Source of the DNA: an uncultured Desulfovibrionaceae bacterium
GTDB lineage: Bacteria > Bacillota > Dethiobacteria > DTU022 > UBA8154
Length of the DNA: 64,000 bases
Direction of reading: 5' to 3'
Assembly (NCBI GenBank): GCA_964581355.1
Contig: CAZOOA010000004.1
Location: forward strand, 17,591 to 81,590
The notes beneath the pieces were generated by a model. It was not told where the DNA came from. It saw only the letters and a list, made by a program, of their open reading frames with translations, and searched no databases. Shown piece by piece: positions 17,211 through 26,261 of this stretch. The stretch's first letter is position 1, and each line of letters starts with the position of its first letter. Both the position numbers and the translations under genes were made by a program.

Positions 17211-18638
17211 ATGGACGTGCGCACTGTTAGATTTTTACTACTGATTGGCCTGGTTCTGGTAATGGGTCTGTTTTCCTTTACTGCTGCCGGTGCCCGGGAA
17301 AACCCGGAAGCACTGCAGATCCAAGTTGACGGGGTGACACTGGATCCCGATGTGCCGCCGATTATTGAGGAAGGTCGTACCCTGGTGGAGATGAGATCTG
17401 TATTTGAGGCCCTGGGGGCCCACCTGGACTGGGATGAGGAAACACGAACAGTTACTGCCATAAAAAATGACCTGGAAATATCGCTGACTATTGATGAAAC
17501 AATGGCCCTGGTCCAGGATGAACCACACGAACTGGAAGTGCCGGCGCGGCTGGTTGAAGGACGCACAATTGTTCCCGCCCGCTTTGTTGCAGAATATTTG
17601 GGGGCTTTAGTGGACTGGGACGAAGCCACAAGGACGGTAAGCATTACCACAACGGTAAAAGAGCCGGAAATTATTCCTAAACAGGAGATCGATGAACTGC
17701 CGAAAACCATAGAAAACTGGATTGAATACTCAAAAACCACCTGGTTGGCCCAGGAAAAGTCTTATGAAGGCAACCTATATATCCTGGTTACCTATGGCGA
17801 ACAACGAACAGGGGGCTACGTTGTCGATATCAAGGAAGTAGTCGAGCATGAAGACGAAATCATTGTCACTGTTCAATTCCAGGACCCGGCTGAAGATGAA
17901 GGAGTAATATTTGCTCTGACGTACCCCTATGATCTTTATGTCATCGAAGACACAGATAAACCCGTCAAATACCAGGCAAAAGGGGCCCAGGAGTATGTGC
18001 CGATACTACGGGACATTGATTGGCTGCGGCCCATAGTAGCTGAATCGGAGGGGATTAAAGTTTTTGAGCCGGCACCAGAAACAGCTGTGCCTGCAACATT
18101 TACTGTAAAAGGTGTGGCCAATGTTTTTGAAGGAACCGTGCTGTATCGGCTCTTAGATGAAGCAGGGCAGGAGTTGGACAGTGGCTTTACCAGCGGTGCC
18201 ATGGGCGACTGGGGCTACTTTGACCCCGCAGTGCATATTCCCGAACAAGTGGAAACAGGGGAAAAGCTCCTGCTGGAGCTGTATACAAAAAGCGCCAAGG
18301 ACGGCAGCATCCAGGACCTGATTGAGATTGAGTTGGAAAAAACGGCCGGAAGCGCTTTTGCACCGGATATGGAAGTCCCGGAAAACGTTGAGGCTGGCGA
18401 AGATTTTGATGTGACTTACTCCATCAAAAATAGGGGTTCAGAAGCAGGTGAACAGGAGATTGAAGGACTCATAACCGCAGATGACGTCCTGGTCAAAGAA
18501 TGGACAGAAACTGTCAACCTGGAACCTGGGGAAACCTGGACCCACACGGAAACGTACAACGCTGATGCAGAAAGGTTCCAGTTTGAGCTGAAAACTGATC
18601 ATGCAACCAACCGGGAAATGCTTTTCGTTACCATTTAA
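17211..18638 (+). CDS. Secreted protein with copper-amine-oxidase N-terminal-like repeats, a PrcB_C-like domain and a Gmad2 (GerMN-type) domain
   Basis: There is a signal peptide. Two repeats read VEGRTIVPARFVAEYLGALVDWDEATRTV. The PrcB_C-like segment reads LYILVTYGEQRTGGYVVDIKEV. The Gmad2-like segment reads FTVKGVANVFEGTVLYRLLDEAGQEL...GDWGYFDPAV. Confidence 0.65.
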   Translation: MDVRTVRFLLLIGLVLVMGLFSFTAAGARENPEALQIQVDGVTLDPDVPPIIEEGRTLVEMRSVFEALGAHLDWDEETRTVTAIKNDLEISLTIDETMALVQDEPHELEVPARLVEGRTIVPARFVAEYLGALVDWDEATRTVSITTTVKEPEIIPKQEIDELPKTIENWIEYSKTTWLAQEKSYEGNLYILVTYGEQRTGGYVVDIKEVVEHEDEIIVTVQFQDPAEDEGVIFALTYPYDLYVIEDTDKPVKYQAKGAQEYVPILRDIDWLRPIVAESEGIKVFEPAPETAVPATFTVKGVANVFEGTVLYRLLDEAGQELDSGFTSGAMGDWGYFDPAVHIPEQVETGEKLLLELYTKSAKDGSIQDLIEIELEKTAGSAFAPDMEVPENVEAGEDFDVTYSIKNRGSEAGEQEIEGLITADDVLVKEWTETVNLEPGETWTHTETYNADAERFQFELKTDHATNREMLFVTI

Positions 18639-18665
18639 GATTATTCTTTACCAGCTAACAGCAAA

Positions 18666-18720
18666 GGAAGGCGTGGGTGATGCCGGCAAAAAGCAAACCC
18701 TCACGCCTTCCTGGTAGTTT
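18666..18720. terminator. Bidirectional stem-loop between convergent genes
   Basis: AGGAAGGCGTG-N25-CACGCCTTCCT sits between the converging 3' ends of genes 17211-18638 (+) and 18740-19318 (-). Confidence 0.4.
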
Positions 18721-18739
18721 TAACGAGATCCTGGACGCC

Positions 18740-19318
18740 TTAAAACTTATACGGGCTGGTAGGATCGGTCGAAGGAATCCGGATTCTAAACAGAGGTGTT
18801 CCCGTAGGCAGCATTACTCGCTCATAGGCATTATTCAATACCAGGGCTGAAGCAGTGTAAACCGCGAACATTCCTGCAATCAAAAGAGCATAACCTGCAA
18901 CAATGGGTGCCCAAGCGCCTGTCACAACACCCAGGTCCATCAGCGCGATCAAGGGAACTGCTATATCCAGCGACAGAACGACAAAAAGCAGGGAAAGCGG
19001 GCTTTTAAAATAGGCCGGCGTCCACATAAGAAGTGATACGGCCAGGGGGAGCCAGGCCCAACCACTAATATGAGGGTCGGTTACCCAGCCATACATTCCG
19101 GCAAAATAGTTGAAAATCATCTCCAGCCCGGTAACCAACATGAAAAATGCAGAGAAGAAAAGAAAGATATTGCCTCCTGTCTTGTTGCCTTTTAGCAGTT
19201 CAAGCACACCCACTACTACCTGAATTACGAAGCCACCTAAAAGCCAGAGACCCATTAAGATGTAAGCGCTTTGATCAACTCTTCCTGTAAGGTAGGCAAA
19301 AAAAATAAAAGTGGCCAT
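18740..19318 (-). CDS. satP: Succinate-acetate/proton symporter SatP (GPR1/FUN34/YaaH family). The true start is probably upstream; see findings.
   Basis: There are six TM helices. The family signature NPGPAGL(V/A)L is encoded in frame immediately upstream of the first ATG, at 19319-19378. Confidence 0.7.
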   Translation of the reverse strand: MATFIFFAYLTGRVDQSAYILMGLWLLGGFVIQVVVGVLELLKGNKTGGNIFLFFSAFFMLVTGLEMIFNYFAGMYGWVTDPHISGWAWLPLAVSLLMWTPAYFKSPLSLLFVVLSLDIAVPLIALMDLGVVTGAWAPIVAGYALLIAGMFAVYTASALVLNNAYERVMLPTGTPLFRIRIPSTDPTSPYKF

Positions 19319-19875
19319 TGCCAGTGCTACCAGTCCCGCCGGGCCAGGATTTGCCCAGCCATTTCCATGTCCAGAAATTTTTCTTCACCCTTTCAAATTA
19401 ATATAATGTGTTGTTGATGATTGGCATTACTGTTTTTGGGCTCAACTATCACCTCCGTTCTTTTACCGGTAATTCCTAGCTTTATTATATGAAAATACAT
19501 TCAAAATTTAATATTGCAAATATCATGCCATTAAAACACTGCAAAAAAAGCGATGATTTCGACACTTATAGACAAATTTAGTGCTTTTTTTCGATAAAAA
19601 AAACACTTTCCGATGACAATCTCCATCCATCCGATGCGTAATTACATCAATCAGTTGCCTGCCTGCAGCCTTACCTTTCCATCCCTGGCAGATTGGCCGA
19701 CAAACAAGCAGTCAAAATGTTGCTCAATACATACGCATGATACAAGCGCCTTATTCAGTTGATGTCATATTGCATCGATTAAGAGCGGCTATGAGCATTG
19801 TCCGGTTCATGCTGCCCTTGCACTGTTGCCTGGATATAATTCTAAGCATGCTCAAGCGGAACAGCACTGGATGCA

Positions 19876-21921
19876 TTACCGATGTAGAAACACGGCCCGG
19901 TTCCCTCGATCATTATAGAATAATTTCTCACCGCACATTTTTGTCAGAGGAATTCCGCGCCCACGTTCGCTGTCATTAATTAGTTCTAAAGGACTATACA
20001 ATTCTTCTCGCCAATTGAACCCGTCCCCTTCGTCCTCTACAGCAGCATAGAGATATTGCCCGGTAATGGAAAGTTCGAGATACACTTTTTTCCCCGGGTC
20101 AAACTTATTGCCGTGCTCGATAGCGTTGGCCACCAGTTCATGCAATCCGATGAAGAACAGTTCCGCTTCATCCTTGTCAGGCATTAGTTCAAAAAGCGTT
20201 TTTCGTAAGCGGTCCAATTCGTGCAGTTCGCTATTCAATTCCAGGGAATAGGACTTGCCCGCATGGCCGTTCACCTGAAAAACAAGCAGGGTTATGTCAT
20301 CGTTGTTATTTGATGCATCGGGGCAACCCAGCTCCCTGAAATGTTCATTAATGGCGCGCACAGCCATTTCCGGGGGTAAATGACCTTTATCTTCTATTGC
20401 ATTTTTCAATGGTATTTCATAATCATCTTCATAGCCACTTTGCTCTACCAGTCCATCGGTAGTAAAAAACAGGGTTGTACCGGGTGATATTTGTAAATGG
20501 TCTTCTGTCAGTTCCAGCAGTTCAGGTGATACTGCCGAGGAAATCGGCAGTCCCTGGCTGATCAGTTCTTTGATCGTTTCGTTTTCCAGCCGAGCCAGAG
20601 GGGGCACATGAAAACCGGCACCGGTATAACTCAGCACCTTGGTTTGCAAATCCAAAACCGCCAAAAAGATACAGATAAAATAATCGTCAGGATAGGATTC
20701 CTGGTAATATAGCTTTGAAAGGTGATGTAAAATGTTATCGGGACTTATTTCTTCTTCTGGAACAAGAGCGAGGAAACTATTAATCGTGTTCTTAACAAAG
20801 ACACTGAGCATGGCACTATCCAGGCCGTGACCTGAGACGTCAGAGAGATAAAAAACAAGCTTGTCACCTATTTGTATAACATCGTAAAAGTCTCCGCCGA
20901 TTTTTTGAGCCGGCTGGTAATAGGCGCTCATGGATATTCCTTCAATTTGGGGGAGGGTTGCAGGAAGAGTCCGCTCATGTATTTCCCGGGCTTTGTCCAT
21001 TTCTTGATCGAGGTGCCGGTAGAGTGATTCCAGTTCTTGAGCATAATCGGCAATTTGCTGCTCAGCCTGTTTTCGCTCAGTGATGTCCAGGGCGATCAGC
21101 ACGATGCCTTCGATTGTCCCTTGATAGCTGCGCCTGGGTGCCAGGGAAAGGTGCACCTCTACAGGGGAACCGTTTTTCCTGGAGCAGGAAAGCTCCAGGT
21201 CGTAAATTACCTTTCCTTTGACAGCTTTTTCACAGGATTTCTGCAAGGTTCCATATTGATCTTCCAGGAATGAAGAGATCTTCTTGTCCAGAACTATTGC
21301 TTCCGGCCAGCCCAGCAGCCTCTCTGCAGCAGAGCTCCAGCTCTTAATCCGGAAATCCTTATCAAGGGAGATAACGGTGACGGGAGAAGCATGAATAATG
21401 GTTCGATATTTTTCCCCTATTTCCAGCAGCGCTTTTTTTGTATTTTCCTGGTTGGTCACATCAATACCGGTTAAAACATGGTAATATGCAGCACCATCTT
21501 CCGCTTCCAGGGCATTGTATTTCCAGTAGATCGTTAACACATACCCTTTTGGAGTAAATAGCTGCGTCTCCACTTCCAGGGGGTATTGTGCCGGGTCCAA
21601 CAGGTTAAAAAATTCTTTGTAGAGCTCCTTTTCTTCAAGCTGGCAGAAAACATCCCAGTAGTTTTTTCCCCTGGCTTCTTCCCAGGTGAGATCCGTTACA
21701 TATTCACAAGCCTTGTTATAGTAAACAATCTGTCCCTGTTGATCGAGGATGACAATAAGGCAGTCAATAAAGTCACTGATCACAGAAAAAAAATGCTGCT
21801 CTTTTCCCAGGCACAGCTTTCTATACTGGATGCTTTTTCTAATTTTTTCTATTTCTCTCATGAAAAGATTGCTCCTTTGATTATCAAAAGTTATGGTACA
21901 ATAAAAAACAACTGCTTCCAC
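19876..21921 (-). CDS. PAS-PAS-PP2C phosphatase fused to an HATPase_c kinase domain (second paralog)
   Basis: The PP2C region reads YQPAQKIGGDFYDV...YLSDVSGHGLDSAMLS. The HATPase_c region reads LHELVANAIEHGNKFD...EDEGDGF...RGRGIPL. Confidence 0.85.
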   Translation of the reverse strand: MEAVVFYCTITFDNQRSNLFMREIEKIRKSIQYRKLCLGKEQHFFSVISDFIDCLIVILDQQGQIVYYNKACEYVTDLTWEEARGKNYWDVFCQLEEKELYKEFFNLLDPAQYPLEVETQLFTPKGYVLTIYWKYNALEAEDGAAYYHVLTGIDVTNQENTKKALLEIGEKYRTIIHASPVTVISLDKDFRIKSWSSAAERLLGWPEAIVLDKKISSFLEDQYGTLQKSCEKAVKGKVIYDLELSCSRKNGSPVEVHLSLAPRRSYQGTIEGIVLIALDITERKQAEQQIADYAQELESLYRHLDQEMDKAREIHERTLPATLPQIEGISMSAYYQPAQKIGGDFYDVIQIGDKLVFYLSDVSGHGLDSAMLSVFVKNTINSFLALVPEEEISPDNILHHLSKLYYQESYPDDYFICIFLAVLDLQTKVLSYTGAGFHVPPLARLENETIKELISQGLPISSAVSPELLELTEDHLQISPGTTLFFTTDGLVEQSGYEDDYEIPLKNAIEDKGHLPPEMAVRAINEHFRELGCPDASNNNDDITLLVFQVNGHAGKSYSLELNSELHELDRLRKTLFELMPDKDEAELFFIGLHELVANAIEHGNKFDPGKKVYLELSITGQYLYAAVEDEGDGFNWREELYSPLELINDSERGRGIPLTKMCGEKLFYNDRGNRAVFLHR

Positions 21922-21939
21922 CCGGATGATTGACCGGGA

Positions 21940-24291
21940 TCAGCCGATTATTTGATAAACGAGTTTAGACAACTCTCCAATCGTAAAAGGTTTCTTGAGC
22001 ATCCCTTTAAAGCCATGGTCCTGATAATTGGCTGTGACCGGATCATTGGAATAGCCGCTAATTACAATAGCCTTAATCTCTGGGTCATTTTTTTTTAGTT
22101 CGCTAATTGTCTGTTTGCCTCCCAGGCCGCCCGGAATCGTCAAGTCCATGATTACAAGATTAAAGGGCTGCTCATTATTCAGGGCATAAAGATATTTATC
22201 AATGGCTTCCTTGCCGTCCCTGGCTAAAACAACTTCATAGCCCAGGGCTGATAATGCCTCGCTGGTCACAGAAAGCAAATCTTCATCATCATCCATAACC
22301 ATTATTCTTCCTGTTCCTTTGAAAATGCTATCTTTCAAAGCCATGCTTGCTTCAGGACCTGTAATGGCAGGAAGAAAAATATAAAAGGTGGTTCCCACAC
22401 CCATCTCCGTTTCTACATGGAGATAACCACCGTGGTTTTTCACAATGGAATACGCGGTGGCTAAACCCAGGCCCCGGCCTTTATCTTTGGTGGTAAAGAA
22501 TGGATCGAATATCTTGGGTAGGAATTTTTCAGGAATGCCGGTACCTTCATCTTTGATGTATATTTTAACGTATTGGCCTTCCTTTAAAGGCGTGAACGTG
22601 CTCCAGCCTTCCCCCGAAAGGGTAACATTTTCAGCACCTATCTCGATGACACCACCTTCGGGCATCGCCTGAACTGCATTAAGCGCAATGTTGTTTAATA
22701 CCTGGCTAAACTGCCCCTGATCGACTTCGACCAGGTGCAGGTCTTCTGCAACAGCAAAGCTTGGACGTATTTTTGACCCGCTTAATGTAAATTTGATATC
22801 TTCAAAGATCAGCTGCCTGATGGAAACCTTTTGTTTTACAGGCGCTCCTCCTTTGGCAAAGGTAAAAAGCTGGTTGGACAGATCCTTGGCCCGCATGGTG
22901 ACTTTTTCCATGTTATCCAGCTTATCCACCATTTTCGCCAGGTCATTTTTGTACAGCCTGGCCAGGTTGATATTGCCTAAAAGGGTGGCCAAATAATTAT
23001 TAAAATCATGGGCAATCCCGCCGGCCATCAGGCCAATGGATTCCAGTTTGTCGGCTTTGAGTATTTCCTGCTCCATTTTTTTTGTTTCTGTAATATCAGT
23101 CATTAAGCCTAATACAGCCGAACGTTCTTCCCAGTCAATAATATCTGAGCTTTTGGAGATGATTTTGGTGCTCCCATCCCCAGCTATCAGCCTGAAAGTA
23201 AACGGGTTCTCATCTTTTTCGCCTTTTAACCTTTTCTCCTTCTGCTTCATAACAACATTTATATCGGTGGGGTGAATAAAATCAGTAATAGGGACCGATA
23301 GCAGCTGTTCGGCAGGGCGAGCAAAAATTTGTTCCGCCTTTGGGTTGGCAAATTTAATTAAATTGTCCTGGACAACAATAATGGCTTCCGTGGCATTATT
23401 TACCAGTGAACGGTACCTTTCTTCGCTTTTCAGCAGGGCTTTTTCCGTGCGGATGCGTTCACTAATCTCAACCTGGAGTTTTTCGTTAGCCCGGGCCAGT
23501 TCCGATGTACGCTCAGCCACTTTATGTTCCAGTTCGTCCAGGGCTTCCTGAAGCGCTTCATAGGCTCTTTTCCGCTCACTGATATTTTCGATCAAGACAA
23601 TCACTTCGTTTTCGTTAAGCAGAGAAAAGCGAGTTTCAAAATGCAAATTCTCTTCAGGAACCTGCAAAGAATAATTTATCACGGTCAAATCTTTCGTTGT
23701 CAGAGTATTGTTGATCGCTTCAACAAATCTATCGGCAACATGCTGGGGCAGGACATCCTTAACATTTTTCCCTAAATATTCATGTGACGGCATATAAAGC
23801 TTATTATCATCAGGAATAGCCACGGCATCTAACAAGTTGCCTTCCCTGTCATACCGCAAAACCAAATCGGGAATCGATTCCAGGATTGAATTTAAATAGC
23901 TTATTGATTGGTTAAGCTCATCTTCTACTTGCTTTCTTTCAGAGATATCAAGAAAATAAGCGATGATGTTTAACGGCGCCCCATCTTCTTCTGCATAAAC
24001 CATCGTTGCAGAAAAATGTACATGCCTAGAGGAACCATCCACTCTCCGGGCCACCAGCTCCCCTTCATAGCTTCCTTGTTCAAAAACAGCTTCATAAACG
24101 GCATAAGCCTGTTTTTTATCAACCCAAAAATCCAGAGAGGAGCGGCCTAATACCTCACCTGGATGCTCATAGCCCCACAGGCGTAAAAAGGCAGGATTTA
24201 TGTAAGAAAGATTTCCTTTCAGATCGGTCATGGCAATGGCATTAATTGAGGATTTGATCGCTTTGAACAATAATCGGTACCAATCGGACAT
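21940..24291 (-). CDS. Hybrid sensor histidine kinase/response regulator with multiple PAS domains
   Basis: There are at least three PAS domains. The HisKA H-box is IAHDFNNYL. HATPase_c has a G-box. The C-terminal REC reads RIMVMDDDEDLL...VIMDLTIPGG...KPF. Confidence 0.85.
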   Translation of the reverse strand: MSDWYRLLFKAIKSSINAIAMTDLKGNLSYINPAFLRLWGYEHPGEVLGRSSLDFWVDKKQAYAVYEAVFEQGSYEGELVARRVDGSSRHVHFSATMVYAEEDGAPLNIIAYFLDISERKQVEDELNQSISYLNSILESIPDLVLRYDREGNLLDAVAIPDDNKLYMPSHEYLGKNVKDVLPQHVADRFVEAINNTLTTKDLTVINYSLQVPEENLHFETRFSLLNENEVIVLIENISERKRAYEALQEALDELEHKVAERTSELARANEKLQVEISERIRTEKALLKSEERYRSLVNNATEAIIVVQDNLIKFANPKAEQIFARPAEQLLSVPITDFIHPTDINVVMKQKEKRLKGEKDENPFTFRLIAGDGSTKIISKSSDIIDWEERSAVLGLMTDITETKKMEQEILKADKLESIGLMAGGIAHDFNNYLATLLGNINLARLYKNDLAKMVDKLDNMEKVTMRAKDLSNQLFTFAKGGAPVKQKVSIRQLIFEDIKFTLSGSKIRPSFAVAEDLHLVEVDQGQFSQVLNNIALNAVQAMPEGGVIEIGAENVTLSGEGWSTFTPLKEGQYVKIYIKDEGTGIPEKFLPKIFDPFFTTKDKGRGLGLATAYSIVKNHGGYLHVETEMGVGTTFYIFLPAITGPEASMALKDSIFKGTGRIMVMDDDEDLLSVTSEALSALGYEVVLARDGKEAIDKYLYALNNEQPFNLVIMDLTIPGGLGGKQTISELKKNDPEIKAIVISGYSNDPVTANYQDHGFKGMLKKPFTIGELSKLVYQIIG

Positions 24292-24404
24292 AAATGTGCC
24301 TCCAAAATTTGTCGCATATTGTTTTTAACCAATTCTATCCTGTTGAGCTTAAATCCTTCTTTCATAAAAAAATAACTTGCAAGGCAGCCCTTCGTTATGC
24401 TCAG

Positions 24405-24455
24405 CAAAACAAAAAACAGGCGGTTAAAGCCATCCGCCTGCCTTTTTATTTTTTA
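24405..24455. terminator. Bidirectional rho-independent terminator
   Basis: CAGGCGG-N10-CCGCCTG has an A-run on the 5' side and a T-run on the 3' side. It lies between the SLH gene stop and the kinase gene start. Confidence 0.6.
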
Positions 24456-24476
24456 CCGTTTTTCTTAACTAAAAAA

Positions 24477-25988
24477 TTAGAAAGTGATTTTCTCCCGGTC
24501 CAAATCACGATCCATTATTCGGGAGAGCAGAGTGCATGCCTCGGCGCGGGTTAGTGCTTTTTGCGGTTCAAACCCCCTGTCCGTCCCACGCATATAACCT
24601 TTTTCTACAGCTATGGCCACATGCTCTCTCAGAGAGGCAGAGATCTCTTCCCGATCTGGAAACTGGTTTAACAGAGTTAAGTCCGCGGATTCATCACCAT
24701 ACCCCTGGGCCTTAACGATAGCCACCGCTACATCTTCCCGAACTGCAACTTCTCCCGGAGCAAAGGTAAGATTGCCAGCACTGTCCCTGTAGCCTGTTAA
24801 ATACTCCCGGGCTGACTCCACCACTTCATAGGCCCAGTGGTCGGTGCTGACATCGTCAAAAGTTGGAGTAGATGGTCTAATGGTTTCCAGCTGCAGAGTC
24901 AAAACCATAATTTTGGCAAATTCTGCCCGGGAAATTGTGTCGTTGGGGCGAAATGTTCCATCAGGATAACCGCTCAAAATGCCCAACCCCACCATCTCCA
25001 TAATGTCATTATAGGCCCAGTGGTCCGGAGCAAGATCAGAAAAGCCCACAGGTGTTGCAGGTTGGGGCTCTGTTGGCTGGACGGGTTCCGCTGGCACATC
25101 GCCCACAGATAAAGTTCCACTGGCTGCCAGGAAGTTATAAGCACTGTCCATAAAAATCCGGAAATTGTACTGTCCTGGCGTATTGGGTGTTGTGATTTCG
25201 TAGGTTCCTGTTGTCTGTCCCCGGGTATAAACATAAGAGATGTAGGAGGTATTGGCGCTATCCTGTTTATAAAACCCAATCCAGGCATTGCTAATTGTAG
25301 ACCCATTGTTGTATGTTGCAGTGACTTTTTGCCCGGGCCGGGCCTGGTAAGTGGAAAGTGAAATAGAGGGTTGGAACTCACTAACGGTAAAAGGCTGACT
25401 CTTCCCTACCAGAGTGTATCCGCTGTCTAAAAAGATGCGAAATTCATACTGACCTGTCTCCCGGGGGGCATTTGTCGAATAACTACCCGAGGTGCCCGTC
25501 AAGTATTGGTAGTTTAGATACGATCTGTCCTCAGCCCCCACTTTGAACAGCCCTATCCAGGCATTGCTGAAAACAGGCGCATCGGAATAGTTGACAACGA
25601 TTGTTTCTTCCGGCAAAAAACTGGCTTTGGAAACTTGAAATACAGGGTCATACTGGACTACCTGCAAATTTTGGCTGGTTGTCACTAAGGTATACCCGCT
25701 GTCTAAAAAAATCCTAAGGTTATACGAGCCCAACTCTTTGGGTGCCTTTACTTTGTATTCACCGTTTAAGTTTCTCAAATAAGAATAGTTTAGGTAGCTG
25801 GTATTGGCGCTGCCTGATTTAAACAACCCAATCCAGGCACTACCGCCGTCCGCAGCAGAGAAAGTGGCGACAATATCTTCCCCCGGTCTGACTACAGGGG
25901 TCTGCACGTTGATTGTTGCAGCAAAAACAGGAATGGAGCCAAGAAGAAGCATAAATAATACTGCAAGAACCAAAACCCTTTTTTTCAC
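24477..25988 (-). CDS. S-layer homology (SLH) domain surface protein with three tandem ~110-aa N-terminal repeats
   Basis: There is a signal peptide. Three repeats carry AWIGLFK..SYLNYQYL...YEFRIFLDSGYTLV. The C-terminus has three SLH motifs (FSDLAPDHWAYNDIMEMV..., FDDVSTDHWAYEVVESA..., ...AEACTLLSRIM). Confidence 0.85.
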   Translation of the reverse strand: MKKRVLVLAVLFMLLLGSIPVFAATINVQTPVVRPGEDIVATFSAADGGSAWIGLFKSGSANTSYLNYSYLRNLNGEYKVKAPKELGSYNLRIFLDSGYTLVTTSQNLQVVQYDPVFQVSKASFLPEETIVVNYSDAPVFSNAWIGLFKVGAEDRSYLNYQYLTGTSGSYSTNAPRETGQYEFRIFLDSGYTLVGKSQPFTVSEFQPSISLSTYQARPGQKVTATYNNGSTISNAWIGFYKQDSANTSYISYVYTRGQTTGTYEITTPNTPGQYNFRIFMDSAYNFLAASGTLSVGDVPAEPVQPTEPQPATPVGFSDLAPDHWAYNDIMEMVGLGILSGYPDGTFRPNDTISRAEFAKIMVLTLQLETIRPSTPTFDDVSTDHWAYEVVESAREYLTGYRDSAGNLTFAPGEVAVREDVAVAIVKAQGYGDESADLTLLNQFPDREEISASLREHVAIAVEKGYMRGTDRGFEPQKALTRAEACTLLSRIMDRDLDREKITF

Positions 25989-26038
25989 TTCTCATCTTTC
26001 CTCTCATATTTATTTTACTTATATTATAGTTAAGTGTG

Positions 26039-26067
26039 CAAAAAAAAACATCACCCTTTCGGGTGAT
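26039..26067 (-). terminator. Rho-independent terminator for the PAS-PP2C gene
   Basis: On the minus strand ATCACCCGAAAGGGTGAT is followed by nine U residues. Confidence 0.65.
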
Positions 26068-26261
26068 TTTTGCCTGAAACGATATATTTTTTTTCATTAT
26101 ACAGCCGCTACCTGCTTCTAGCCTCCAGCTTTGTATTTCAGCAATGTTCCCTTCTGGAGCCCGCTTAAACGACCGTGAAATGCCCTGCACCTTCCAACTT
26201 TTTTCTACAGATTCCCCCAACTTATTACATCCATGTTTCAAATGTAATTGCTTTAATTCGG

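Noticed and set aside
17135-17740. 201-aa minus-strand ORF rich in Ser/Thr
   Set aside because: It is fully antisense to the secreted-protein gene (17211-18638). It has low-complexity composition and no RBS.
19737-19979. 80-aa plus-strand ORF in the 500-bp AT-rich spacer upstream of satP
   Set aside because: It has no RBS. It overlaps the 3' end of the PAS-PP2C-kinase gene. Its composition is not protein-like.
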